DNA of 64,000 bases from Escherichia phage ESCO13: sequence record NC_047770.1. One strand, 5' to 3'. This document shows, piece after piece, positions 47,922 to 55,763 of this stretch. The notes under the pieces were generated by a model. The model did not search any database. It was not told the origin of the DNA and saw only the letters and a program-made list of their open reading frames with translations. The translations under genes were made by a program, and so were the position numbers. Numbering within the stretch: position 1 is the first letter of the stretch; the number at the start of each line of letters is the position of its first letter.

Positions 47922-48278
47922 ATGAAAAAACTAATCTTAGCCACATTGCTGGCTACCGTAAGCTTCACCACTTACGCTCAAAAATTTGTAGCAGTTAAAA
48001 CAGATATTGGTAAAGATGTTGTGATCACAGGCAACAAGTTTTACTATACACCTGGGAATGGTGTTCTAGAAGAGTGTAAAGATGTTGAGGCATATACGGG
48101 AAAAGAAGATAACACGGAACGTCCTTTTTATTCGATTATAGCTACTTGCAAAAATGAAATAGTAGCTATTAAACAATACAAAGATGCCCCTGGAGGAGAA
48201 TACTTATTAGTCAAGAATATTAAGAGTGAAAAAACTGCAAAGTTTACAGTAATTATTTTAAAAGGAGAAACGTTCTAA
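47922..48278 (+). CDS. secreted protein
   Basis: Start at MKKLILATLLATVSFTTYA (signal peptide) after RBS GGAGGGAAG. Confidence 0.55.
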   Translation: MKKLILATLLATVSFTTYAQKFVAVKTDIGKDVVITGNKFYYTPGNGVLEECKDVEAYTGKEDNTERPFYSIIATCKNEIVAIKQYKDAPGGEYLLVKNIKSEKTAKFTVIILKGETF

Positions 48279-49417
48279 TGAAATACACTATTTTTGGAGA
48301 TGTAGCTGTTGTAAATAAGGAATATGGCGTTGAAGCTAATAAACTTCCTGCTGGAGTTTGGGTTGTCAACTGCGATCCGCACGGTAACTACTCTTTAGTG
48401 CGTGGTGAAAGTTTCTCTCTTCCGAACACTCTTTATGGGGAAACTAAAGATCGCGCCGCACATGTTATTAAAACATTTGCTCGTCGTAGTAAAGAAGGTA
48501 AAAATACTGGGGTGTTACTGACAGGGACAAAAGGCAGTGGTAAGACGATGTTAGCTAAACTAATTAGCATGTCTCTAATGTCCACAGAAGGTTTAGGTAT
48601 TCCAACCATTTTGGTTACACAGCCTTACACAGATGCTGGATTCTTAGAATTTATGAGTAAAATTACAGATCGTGCTGTTGTTTTATTTGACGAGTTTGAT
48701 AAAGTGTACGCTAAGAAAGAAGATCAGGAAGCACTGTTGACCTTGTTGGATGGAACAGGAAGTGGAAATAAACTTTACATCCTCACTAAAAATAGTGGCT
48801 ATATCTCGGAATATTTTGTAAACCGTCCTAGTCGTATCTACTACAGTTTCAATTACGATAAACTGTCTAGTGAAACTATGTTAGATTACTTGGATAAGAA
48901 CTTGGTAAATAAAAAGCACGTAGATAACTTCCAACGTTTATGGGATGTTAGCACAGAGTTGTCTTTCGATGTTATTCAAGGCATTGTAGAAGAATTGAAT
49001 TTCTATCCAAAAATGACTTTTAAAGAATGTCTTGAAATGATGGGTATTTCTTTAGGGAACGATGCTAAATGGAATGTGGCTTCTATCGTAGCTAATGGCA
49101 AAACCTTGAAGGTGAATTGGATCAATAACTGGCACGACTTCACCCCTACTAAGTTTTTGTCGGGTGCTTGTTCCCTGAACATCTATCTACAAAGTTTGAA
49201 AGATGATGAAGTGGAAGCAATGGAAACCAACAGTTATGTTATCCTGGATGAAGATGGTGATCCACATATTGATCTATGTGCAACGGCTGATGGTCTAACT
49301 TGTGATCTGATTGAAGGTGGTAAGATTCTGGTTATGAGCACTACACCAGGAAACACTTTGCGAGTGGTGCTGGAGCCTGTAACACAACGTTCCACTACAC
49401 TTGGTAGCGTGTTCTAA
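48278..49417 (+). CDS. AAA+ ATPase
   Basis: 379 aa; Walker A GTKGSGKT, Walker B VVLFDEFD. Confidence 0.7.
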   Translation: MKYTIFGDVAVVNKEYGVEANKLPAGVWVVNCDPHGNYSLVRGESFSLPNTLYGETKDRAAHVIKTFARRSKEGKNTGVLLTGTKGSGKTMLAKLISMSLMSTEGLGIPTILVTQPYTDAGFLEFMSKITDRAVVLFDEFDKVYAKKEDQEALLTLLDGTGSGNKLYILTKNSGYISEYFVNRPSRIYYSFNYDKLSSETMLDYLDKNLVNKKHVDNFQRLWDVSTELSFDVIQGIVEELNFYPKMTFKECLEMMGISLGNDAKWNVASIVANGKTLKVNWINNWHDFTPTKFLSGACSLNIYLQSLKDDEVEAMETNSYVILDEDGDPHIDLCATADGLTCDLIEGGKILVMSTTPGNTLRVVLEPVTQRSTTLGSVF

Positions 49418-49422
49418 TAAAG

Positions 49423-49446
49423 ATGCCCCGCAAGGGGCATTTGTTA
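49423..49446 (+). terminator. rho-independent terminator
   Basis: ATGCCCC-GCAA-GGGGCAT followed by TTGTT. Confidence 0.5.
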
Positions 49447-49505
49447 TGGAGGGATTTTAGTTATTCTTTTGTTGTAGGCTCGCACTAATAGCTAAAGGGG
49501 GAGGT

Positions 49506-50966
49506 GTGCCAAAAATAGTCACTTGGGAACAATATAAAACAGATATAAAACAAGCTTATCAAGGTAAGTCTTGGATTGTTGTAGATTATATTGAGCCGTG
49601 GAACGGCAATAAAACTAAACTTAGATGCATCTGTGCTCTGCATGGAGAATGGAAAACAACAAGCATAAATACCGCTAAACTAGGGAGGGGTTGTCCAGAA
49701 TGCGGTAGGGAGATTATAAGTAAAGCAGTATCTATAAACAAATCAAAAACCTGGGAGCAATATAAAGAAGAAGTGCAAACCACTTACAATCAGGCAGGTA
49801 AGTTTTGGACTGTTACAGGATGGCACGGAGAATGGAAAGGATGGAATACTAAACTGGTTTGTTGTTGTGCTTTACATGGGGAGTGGAGGTCTACTTCTAT
49901 ATCTTCTGCGAAAAACGGGAGTGGATGCAGGAAGTGTATGGGAGAAGCAAACAGAGAAAGAACATCGATTGCATGGGAGAAACATAAAGAAGAAGTAGAA
50001 GAAGCTTATAAAGAAAAACCCTGGATTGTTAGAGGCTATGTGGAACCGTGGAACGGTTCCCGCACTAAGTTGATTTGTGAGTGTAAGGTTCATGGTCAAT
50101 GGTGCACTACCACTGTAAACAGTGCTAAACAAGGGACTGGATGCTACAGTTGTCAAAGAGAAATGACGAAACAAAGGAATACAATGGAGGATAAACAACA
50201 TGTTGAAGATTTTATAAAAGCTTGTCCTGATAATGTAGAGCGTAAATATTATCGTAGCGATAGAGTAGATAGATTAGGTCGTCAGGTTTACTGGATTGTA
50301 GAATGTCCTATATGTGCAGAGGATGATTATTGTAAAGAAGGCTTATGCGATAATAAATTTGAGATGAAGATGAGTCATTTGAAAAGGGGTGGCCTTCCTT
50401 GCCGTTGTTCTAAATATTATCATTACACTCCTGAACAATGGGCCTACCGTATGACCAAAGCTTGCCAGGAACGAGGGGATCAATTTATAGGATTCATTGA
50501 TAAGGTAAGCAATAACAGCAAGTTTAAATATCTATGTAGGGAGCATGGAGAGCAAACGATCACACCTACCGATTATCTCAATGGGAAAGGTTGTCCAGGC
50601 TGTAAGAACAGAAATATGCAAGAATTTTACATCAATATTATTCTTGATGAGTACGGAGAAGACACGGGAGCTTACAAGTTGGGGATTGCAAAGGACAGTG
50701 ATATCAGGATCAAAGGGCAGAATGCAAACAACAATTACTCTATGCGCCGTATAGCATTGTTCGATCTGCCGTCCTACCAAGCTTGCAGGGCGTTAGAGAG
50801 TAAGCTAAAGTCTAAGACTGATCAGATTCTACCGTCTATTGGCTGTGTAGAACGCTTGCACATGAAAGATGGTCATAGTGAAACCTTCCTGCGCGAGGAT
50901 TTGGCTATCGTCTTAAGTGCTATCAACCAAGCAGGTGGAATAATGAGAGAGGAGGAAACATGTTAG
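49506..50966 (+). CDS. protein with tandem zinc-ribbon repeats and a C-terminal GIY-YIG/T5orf172-like domain
   Basis: 486 aa; GTG start after RBS GGGGGAGG; at least three ~48-aa repeats of the pattern W(T/I)V.G(Y/W).EPWNG..TKL.C.C..HGEW..T(S/T)(I/V)..AK.G.GC..C; C-terminal YKLGIAKDSDIRIKGQ resembles the T5orf172/GIY-YIG core. Confidence 0.6.
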   Translation: MPKIVTWEQYKTDIKQAYQGKSWIVVDYIEPWNGNKTKLRCICALHGEWKTTSINTAKLGRGCPECGREIISKAVSINKSKTWEQYKEEVQTTYNQAGKFWTVTGWHGEWKGWNTKLVCCCALHGEWRSTSISSAKNGSGCRKCMGEANRERTSIAWEKHKEEVEEAYKEKPWIVRGYVEPWNGSRTKLICECKVHGQWCTTTVNSAKQGTGCYSCQREMTKQRNTMEDKQHVEDFIKACPDNVERKYYRSDRVDRLGRQVYWIVECPICAEDDYCKEGLCDNKFEMKMSHLKRGGLPCRCSKYYHYTPEQWAYRMTKACQERGDQFIGFIDKVSNNSKFKYLCREHGEQTITPTDYLNGKGCPGCKNRNMQEFYINIILDEYGEDTGAYKLGIAKDSDIRIKGQNANNNYSMRRIALFDLPSYQACRALESKLKSKTDQILPSIGCVERLHMKDGHSETFLREDLAIVLSAINQAGGIMREEETC

Positions 50967-51325
50967 TTGACGTTCAAATTATGCGCAACGAAAGAATGGA
51001 CTTCTTTGAAGCAGTAGAGAAACATCTGATCAGATGGGACTATGAATTTGTTCCTGCTGGATGTGGACCAGTAGAGCATTTAGCGGAAGACGACGATGTA
51101 TACATGATCATTCGTCAAGTGTACCAGACAGACCAGTGTGAAGAAACTCCCGAACTGATTTTGTTTGAGTGTAAAGATCTTGCAAAATATTTTGACTATG
51201 GCGGAAAAGAGGGTCATAATCTCTCCAGATACAATAAACGTCTACTTATCTTAGACTACATGCGGAACAACAAACACAAACTCATCGACGCAGACGCAGT
51301 TTATGGCTACTGGTGGATGGACTAA
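50960..51325 (+). CDS. hypothetical protein
   Basis: 121 aa; RBS GAGGAGG. Confidence 0.5.
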   Translation: MLVDVQIMRNERMDFFEAVEKHLIRWDYEFVPAGCGPVEHLAEDDDVYMIIRQVYQTDQCEETPELILFECKDLAKYFDYGGKEGHNLSRYNKRLLILDYMRNNKHKLIDADAVYGYWWMD

Positions 51326-51338
51326 CAAAGGAGAAACT

Positions 51339-51518
51339 ATGGCACGTTTAGCAGATCATGAAATCTTTAAACCTATTCTGAACCACTATGATGAACTTAA
51401 AGCAGTGTTGGATTGTTATAGAGAGGATGAAGAACGTTTGGAAGTCAATCTTAAGATAGTTCTGATGAAAGCTTTTCAAGACGGGCAAGCTAAAGTTTTA
51501 GAAGGCATGAAAAAATGA
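51339..51518 (+). CDS. hypothetical protein
   Basis: Start at MARLADHE after RBS AAAGGAG. Confidence 0.45.
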   Translation: MARLADHEIFKPILNHYDELKAVLDCYREDEERLEVNLKIVLMKAFQDGQAKVLEGMKK

Positions 51519-52057
51519 GAATAACTGATGAATATGTATTCTTCTTTTCACATAAAGATGTGTTTAGTAATTGGTATATTGCACCCTTTACAGAAACTGA
51601 ACCAGGTTACAATGAGACTTTCTGTTGTGTTGAGCAATATATGATGTGGCGTAAGGCTTTGCTGTTCAAGGATCATGCGATTGCAGCAGCTATCCTTGAT
51701 CACTCAACTATACGTGACAACGAGAGGAAACAAGCATACTACAAACGTATGGGTCGAGCGGTATCTGGTTTTAATAATGATATGTGGGAAGAGAACCGTG
51801 AGCGTATTGTTATGCGAGGCTTATGCTTGAAATATGTACAGAATCCAGATTTGTATGCAGACTTACACCTTTACCAATACAAAACGTTTGTTGAAGCAAG
51901 TCCTTACGATAAGGTTTACGGTATTGGAATGGGAATGTATGAACCAGGGGTGCTAAACCCTGCTACCTGGAAAGGGCAGAATCTTTTAGGAAAATATCAT
52001 AATAAACTGATCGAAATACTTTTCCCAGACAAAATACCGCAAAGACGATATTTGTGA
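51515..52057 (+). CDS. NADAR/YbiA-like (DUF1768) domain protein
   Basis: 180 aa; FFFSHKDVFSNWY ... CVEQYMMWRKALLF ... YGIGMG pattern characteristic of the NADAR family. Confidence 0.65.
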   Translation: MRITDEYVFFFSHKDVFSNWYIAPFTETEPGYNETFCCVEQYMMWRKALLFKDHAIAAAILDHSTIRDNERKQAYYKRMGRAVSGFNNDMWEENRERIVMRGLCLKYVQNPDLYADLHLYQYKTFVEASPYDKVYGIGMGMYEPGVLNPATWKGQNLLGKYHNKLIEILFPDKIPQRRYL

Positions 52058-52113
52058 TATTTTAACTTTTTTCATTTTTAGAACAAAGGTGTCACTTTGT
52101 AGCACAGAAATAA

Positions 52114-52148
52114 GGCTCCTACAGCACCGTAGAGAGCCTGTTATTTTG
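52114..52148 (+). terminator. rho-independent terminator ending the plus-strand block
   Basis: GGCTCCTAC-AGCACC-GTAGAGAGCC followed by TGTTATTTTGT. Confidence 0.5.
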
Positions 52149-52296
52149 TCCTATACAAACCCTTGTCTTTTTCAGTTTGCATCACTAGGATTCGATCTGA
52201 GTGGGTTCCTGAAGGTTTACCAATAAGATTAAAGGTTATATCAAATTCCCACTACCTATTATCTCAAAAATCCCTCAAATTATTTAAACTTTTTAA

Positions 52297-52480
52297 GAAT
52301 TTACAAAAGTGAAAGTTGAAAACCAAAATTTAAAGTTTAGGAAAATTATCTTAAAATGTCAGATACAAAACAAAACTCAAAAGTCAAGGAAAATTTTAAA
52401 AATTTTGCGCGCCCACAGTATTTAAAGTTTTTTTGCTTTTACAAAAATGAAAGTACAAAAGCAAAATTTAAAGTTTACAA
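52297..52480. repeat. AT-rich iteron-like repeat zone
   Basis: About seven copies of (G/T)AAAGT(T/C/A) with A-tracts; two ~40-bp imperfect direct repeats (TACAAAAGTGAAAGTTGAAAACCAAAATTTAAAGTTTAG and TACAAAAATGAAAGTACAAAAGCAAAATTTAAAGTTTAC). Confidence 0.45.
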
Positions 52481-52497
52481 AAATTTTTATGCAGGTG

Positions 52498-52606
52498 AGA
52501 ATGAGAAGAGTTCTCATATGGAAATGCAAATGATAATGATTCGCATTTAAGTTTATAAATGAGATTGATTCTTATTTAATAAGGTAAATGATAATCATTC
52601 TCATTT
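52498..52606. promoter_or_regulatory. array of four phased 21-bp Fur-box-like palindromes
   Basis: Boxes start at 52498, 52528, 52557, 52586 (29-30 bp period): gAATGAgAagagTTCTCATat, AAATGATAATGATTCGCATTT, AAATGAGATTGATTCTTATTT, AAATGATAATCATTCTCATTT; the last contains AATGATAATCATT, the core of the Fur consensus GATAATGATAATCATTATC. Confidence 0.45.
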
Positions 52607-52865
52607 AGAGAATGACGCGCAGGGGCGGTGTTTGTCTCGCGCTCCCGTGTCCCCTCGCCATGTAATAAGAATAACAGATCCAGCCAGGAAAGCAAGCGAT
52701 TATTTTATCTTTACATTTCTTTACAAATATAGAGCGCCCAGCCTACCGGCGATCAACCTTCCAACCAGTGCCCCCTGGTATGTTAGCCCCGCCTTTACGC
52801 CGTGGGGTGGCGCTTCCTCTTCTGTATGTAAAACAGTATAAGCCCGATCCCTGGGCTTGTCAAGA

Positions 52866-53132
52866 TTATTTTTTGTTTTCTTGCCAGGATAGGACACCTA
52901 ACCAAAAATACATATCGCCCCGCGCCCCTGGTGGTATCTTGCTTTCCCCGCCGCCACTGCAAGCCCATAGATAACCATTTGCGAACGTATCAAAATGATC
53001 TATCTCTTCCACCTTATGATCGCCCAGGTTGAGAACGGTTTCAACCTTTAAGCCCGTTGCGCTTGCTACCTGGTGCACCGTGCCGCCTTGCCAGCCCAAT
53101 GAGTGCATAAGGTGTAATGTAGTATTTGTCAT
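52866..53132 (-). CDS. hypothetical protein in the GC-richer island
   Basis: 88 aa; preceded on the minus strand by its own promoter, 5-prime hairpin and RBS. Confidence 0.5.
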   Translation of the reverse strand: MTNTTLHLMHSLGWQGGTVHQVASATGLKVETVLNLGDHKVEEIDHFDTFANGYLWACSGGGESKIPPGARGDMYFWLGVLSWQENKK

Positions 53133-53154
53133 GGTATCGCCCTTTCTTTGATGT

Positions 53155-53207
53155 GCGCCCTGGTTGGCGCGGTAGAAAGATGATAGCCCTTTCTTTTATA
53201 TATAGCA
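53155..53207 (-). promoter_or_regulatory. minus-strand promoter TTGCTA-N17-TATCAT plus 5-prime hairpin
   Basis: -35 at 53207-53202, -10 at 53184-53179, hairpin GCGCC-AACCAG-GGCGC (53170-53155), then RBS AAAGGG and ATG at 53132; divergent from the first plus-strand cassette. Confidence 0.45.
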
Positions 53208-53241
53208 AGCAAAAAGAAAATAAAAAAGATTGAAAAAGTGA

Positions 53242-53299
53242 TTGACGTTCGCCAGGTGGCGGCATAATATTTACCACGTAGGGCGGCAATGGTGCCGCT
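53242..53299 (+). promoter_or_regulatory. promoter-hairpin cassette 1
   Basis: TTGACG-N17-TAATAT-TTACCACG-TAGGGCGGCAATGGTGCCGCT. Confidence 0.6.
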
Positions 53300-53319
53300 C
53301 ATTATTTGGAGTTAAAATC

Positions 53320-53517
53320 ATGGCAACATTGCACATTGTGGCGAAAGCTGGACAAATAAACGTGGTAGTAAACGGTTTTACTGAGTTCAGTCATCCCCAG
53401 GATGATCATGAAACGGTTTTATCTTTCATTGATTCACTGTTAGAAATGGGAGTAATTACAGAAGACCAGCACGGTACAAAATGCAAGCGCGTTAATCAAA
53501 TTGCAGGAATAGAATAA
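53320..53517 (+). CDS. small hypothetical protein
   Basis: 65 aa MATLHIVAKAGQ...; ATG after RBS GGAG, not the upstream TTG of the track ORF. Confidence 0.55.
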   Translation: MATLHIVAKAGQINVVVNGFTEFSHPQDDHETVLSFIDSLLEMGVITEDQHGTKCKRVNQIAGIE

Positions 53518-53523
53518 AAACTA

Positions 53524-53582
53524 TTGACAACAAACAACAACCTGATAAGATGTATCACATAGGGCGGGAAGTGGTTTCCCGC
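53524..53582 (+). promoter_or_regulatory. promoter-hairpin cassette 2
   Basis: TTGACA-N16-TAAGAT-GTATCACA-TAGGGCGGGAAGTGGTTTCCCGC. Confidence 0.6.
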
Positions 53583-53607
53583 TCGTAACAGAAGAGAGAT
53601 TATCATC

Positions 53608-53880
53608 ATGGCATCATATAGCGCAACAATGATCGTAGCTGGCACAACTGGTAAACCTATGAGCGGTGGCGGATCTTTCGCTAATATCAATATTGACGGG
53701 CGTTTATCCCTGGACGCAGCGATCGCTATTGCACGGGAAACATTTAAGAAAGAATGTAATTTCAACAAGCAAGATTATCTCGGTTTCGCTATTGAAAAAA
53801 CCGCGCGCTTTGTTGATTATAAAAGCCCGAAAATGGTTGATACTACACTAAAAGCGCAAGATGTAGCGTTTTTGCTTTAA
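53608..53880 (+). CDS. small hypothetical protein
   Basis: 90 aa; RBS AGAAGAGAG. Confidence 0.55.
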   Translation: MASYSATMIVAGTTGKPMSGGGSFANINIDGRLSLDAAIAIARETFKKECNFNKQDYLGFAIEKTARFVDYKSPKMVDTTLKAQDVAFLL

Positions 53881-53883
53881 GGC

Positions 53884-53939
53884 TTGACATTAACGAATAA
53901 TTTGTTAATATGTTACATAAAGCGGGAATAGTTCCCGCT
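53884..53939 (+). promoter_or_regulatory. promoter-hairpin cassette 3
   Basis: TTGACA-N16-TAATAT-GTTACATA-AAGCGGGAATAGTTCCCGCT. Confidence 0.6.
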
Positions 53940-53956
53940 ATTTGTAAGGTGGTAGA

Positions 53957-54214
53957 ATGTTTTACATCAAATTAAAAGGTCACGTGATCGCGTTCAAAGA
54001 TAACGCTTTTTACAGATTAGCAAAATATGCGTTAATACATCCCCACTATGTTTATATAAGGAGGCGTGATGAAATAAATATCTTTGATCAAACAACATGC
54101 GAGAACATCGAGATCCGCAAGGTTGGCGTACGTGATTATCGTACATCTTTCTACCCTTGCAAGGATTCAGCAAGTCTTTTTAAAGTATGCCAATTGTTGA
54201 AAAAAGGTGGTTAA
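53957..54214 (+). CDS. small hypothetical protein
   Basis: 85 aa; RBS AAGGTGG. Confidence 0.55.
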   Translation: MFYIKLKGHVIAFKDNAFYRLAKYALIHPHYVYIRRRDEINIFDQTTCENIEIRKVGVRDYRTSFYPCKDSASLFKVCQLLKKGG

Positions 54215-54215
54215 T

Positions 54216-54773
54216 ATGGGCCGCGAATATGTGATCCAGTCTTGGGTAAAACATGAAGCAGATGATCCGCGCATCATTCCCGATCATCTTATCGATGAAT
54301 CCACGGGATATAGCGGTGAGCAAATAGGTAACAGATTAGCACGTAGTAACGGCAACGTAAAAGCGCGTTATGTGCGCCCTGGCTGGCTGGCAAATGGTAA
54401 CGCTGATTTATCCAGTGCGGAAGATGCGAGCGACGGCGCGAAAGATAATCCTTTGTACAAAGTTGATCCGGCTTTTCGTGTCCTGGATGAATACCCCAGC
54501 AAGATAGCGGCGCTCGATCAGGCCCTGGAAAGTAAGCGCATCACCTGGACCGCTTACAACATGGCAAAAAACGTACTTGATGGTAAATTGATTCAAGCTG
54601 AAAGAAAATTAGCCAAAATTGCAGCCATAGCCCAGGAGGAAGACGAGGAGACAACGGAAGAGGAAGAGTACGAAGAGATCCCGCCGTTGTTGTGTGTTGA
54701 TGCTTTTCCTGATTATCAGCCGACAGAGGAAGAAAAAAGGATCGCACTAGAAAACTTTGAAAATAGTCTTTGA
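54216..54773 (+). CDS. hypothetical protein with acidic C-terminal region
   Basis: 185 aa from the ATG at 54216 (RBS AAAGGTGG); second cistron of cassette 3; EEDEETTEEEEYEE stretch. Confidence 0.55.
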   Translation: MGREYVIQSWVKHEADDPRIIPDHLIDESTGYSGEQIGNRLARSNGNVKARYVRPGWLANGNADLSSAEDASDGAKDNPLYKVDPAFRVLDEYPSKIAALDQALESKRITWTAYNMAKNVLDGKLIQAERKLAKIAAIAQEEDEETTEEEEYEEIPPLLCVDAFPDYQPTEEEKRIALENFENSL

Positions 54774-54827
54774 CATATCGCCGCCACTGGCATAATATTT
54801 ACCACGTAGGGCGGCAATGGTGCCGCT
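54770..54827 (+). promoter_or_regulatory. promoter-hairpin cassette 4
   Basis: TTGACA (overlapping the upstream stop)-N17-TAATAT-TTACCACG-TAGGGCGGCAATGGTGCCGCT; near-identical to cassette 1. Confidence 0.6.
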
Positions 54828-54855
54828 CATAGTGAAATTATGCAAGAGGCTTACA

Positions 54856-54951
54856 ATGATTAATAAAGAAAATAGCTTGACGGTTGGAACGATTAACGCT
54901 ATCATTCTAGCCGTTCCATTTTGGATTGTAGTAGCGGCTATTATTTTCTAA
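54856..54951 (+). CDS. hydrophobic micro-protein (31 aa)
   Basis: MINKENSLTVGTINAIILAVPFWIVVAAIIF; RBS AGAGG 6 nt upstream. Confidence 0.4.
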   Translation: MINKENSLTVGTINAIILAVPFWIVVAAIIF

Positions 54952-54959
54952 AAATATTC

Positions 54960-55020
54960 TTGACAACGTTTTTTAATCTGATAAGATGTATCACATAGGG
55001 CGGCGGAATACTTCCCCGCC
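54960..55020 (+). promoter_or_regulatory. promoter-hairpin cassette 5
   Basis: TTGACA-N16-TAAGAT-GTATCACA-TAGGGCGGCGGAATACTTCCCCGCC. Confidence 0.6.
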
Positions 55021-55041
55021 AAAACAAAAAAGGGTAACACA

Positions 55042-55404
55042 ATGAGCAAGCAAATCAATACTATCATGTTAAACCTGGTATCCTTCCGCGATGATATGAA
55101 AAATTTACCACGTGAAACGGTTGATATTCATGTTTCAGCTTATCGCGCCCTTATTGACATGTTACCGCTAAAACGTGATCAACATGCCGCTAACATGATG
55201 CTTAATGCTATGCTTAAAAAGATGATTCAAACGGATCTCATCCTGGCGTATGAGTATCAAGGGCGCTTATATGCTACTTACAACAAGGCGGTACCTGGTC
55301 TGGGAAGTACCGAAGAGTTGCACGGCTTAAACCTGGATCAGAACACTTGGGATAGTATGCGCCGCGTTATGGTATGGGCCGAAAGCGGTAAAATTTACGA
55401 ATAA
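55042..55404 (+). CDS. hypothetical protein
   Basis: 120 aa. Confidence 0.55.
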   Translation: MSKQINTIMLNLVSFRDDMKNLPRETVDIHVSAYRALIDMLPLKRDQHAANMMLNAMLKKMIQTDLILAYEYQGRLYATYNKAVPGLGSTEELHGLNLDQNTWDSMRRVMVWAESGKIYE

Positions 55405-55409
55405 AACGG

Positions 55410-55466
55410 TTGACACTGTTTAAAATTCTGGTATAGTTTATCACGTAGGGCGGCAATGGTGCCGCC
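55410..55466 (+). promoter_or_regulatory. promoter-hairpin cassette 6
   Basis: TTGACA-N16-TATAGT-TTATCACG-TAGGGCGGCAATGGTGCCGCC. Confidence 0.6.
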
Positions 55467-55486
55467 AACAATAAAAGGTTAACATC

Positions 55487-55666
55487 ATGACTATCATTGC
55501 AAAAACTGAGATTATAGGTTTAGATTCGATCCTCCTGGCTTATGAGGAAACTTTAAAAATGTATGTAGTGACCTATGGTGATTATGTGCGTGAATACGAA
55601 TACATTGATCTTGCTTTCGAATGTTACATTCGCCAGGTCAATAAAGCCTATAACGATTATCGTTAA
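55487..55666 (+). CDS. small hypothetical protein (59 aa)
   Basis: MTIIAKTEIIGLDSILLAYEETLKMYVVTYGDY...; below the track cutoff. Confidence 0.45.
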   Translation: MTIIAKTEIIGLDSILLAYEETLKMYVVTYGDYVREYEYIDLAFECYIRQVNKAYNDYR

Positions 55667-55685
55667 AAGTTTTAGTCTTATACTA

Positions 55686-55738
55686 TTGACAATGAGTGAT
55701 AGTATAAGCATAATAACTTTTATCGGGAATACTTCCCA
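55686..55738 (+). promoter_or_regulatory. promoter-hairpin cassette 7 (variant)
   Basis: TTGACA-N17-CATAAT ... CGGGAATACTTCCC. Confidence 0.5.
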
Positions 55739-55763
55739 CTAACCAAAAAAAGAGAGTAATATC

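Noticed and set aside
52060-52300. Possible tRNA genes in the non-coding zone, as large virulent phages often carry them
   Set aside because: No GTTCGAATC-like T-arm and no cloverleaf-compatible stems were seen by eye; this needs tRNAscan-SE to exclude formally.
52356-52550. Track ORF of 64 aa inside the AT-rich repeats
   Set aside because: Low-complexity Lys/Phe/Asn product created by the repeat sequence, no RBS, overlaps the iteron and Fur-like elements.
52632-52974. Track ORFs of 69 and 68 aa on the plus strand of the GC-rich island
   Set aside because: Pro/Ser/Ala-rich low-complexity translations with no RBS, antisense to or overlapping the better-supported minus-strand gene.
53242-53319. 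N-terminal extensions of track ORFs starting at TTG/GTG inside the promoter-hairpin cassettes (e.g. 53242, 56816, 58869, 59721, 60058, 60479)
   Set aside because: These starts lie within the promoter and 5-prime hairpin; a canonical RBS plus ATG lies downstream in the same frame, so the shorter proteins were annotated.
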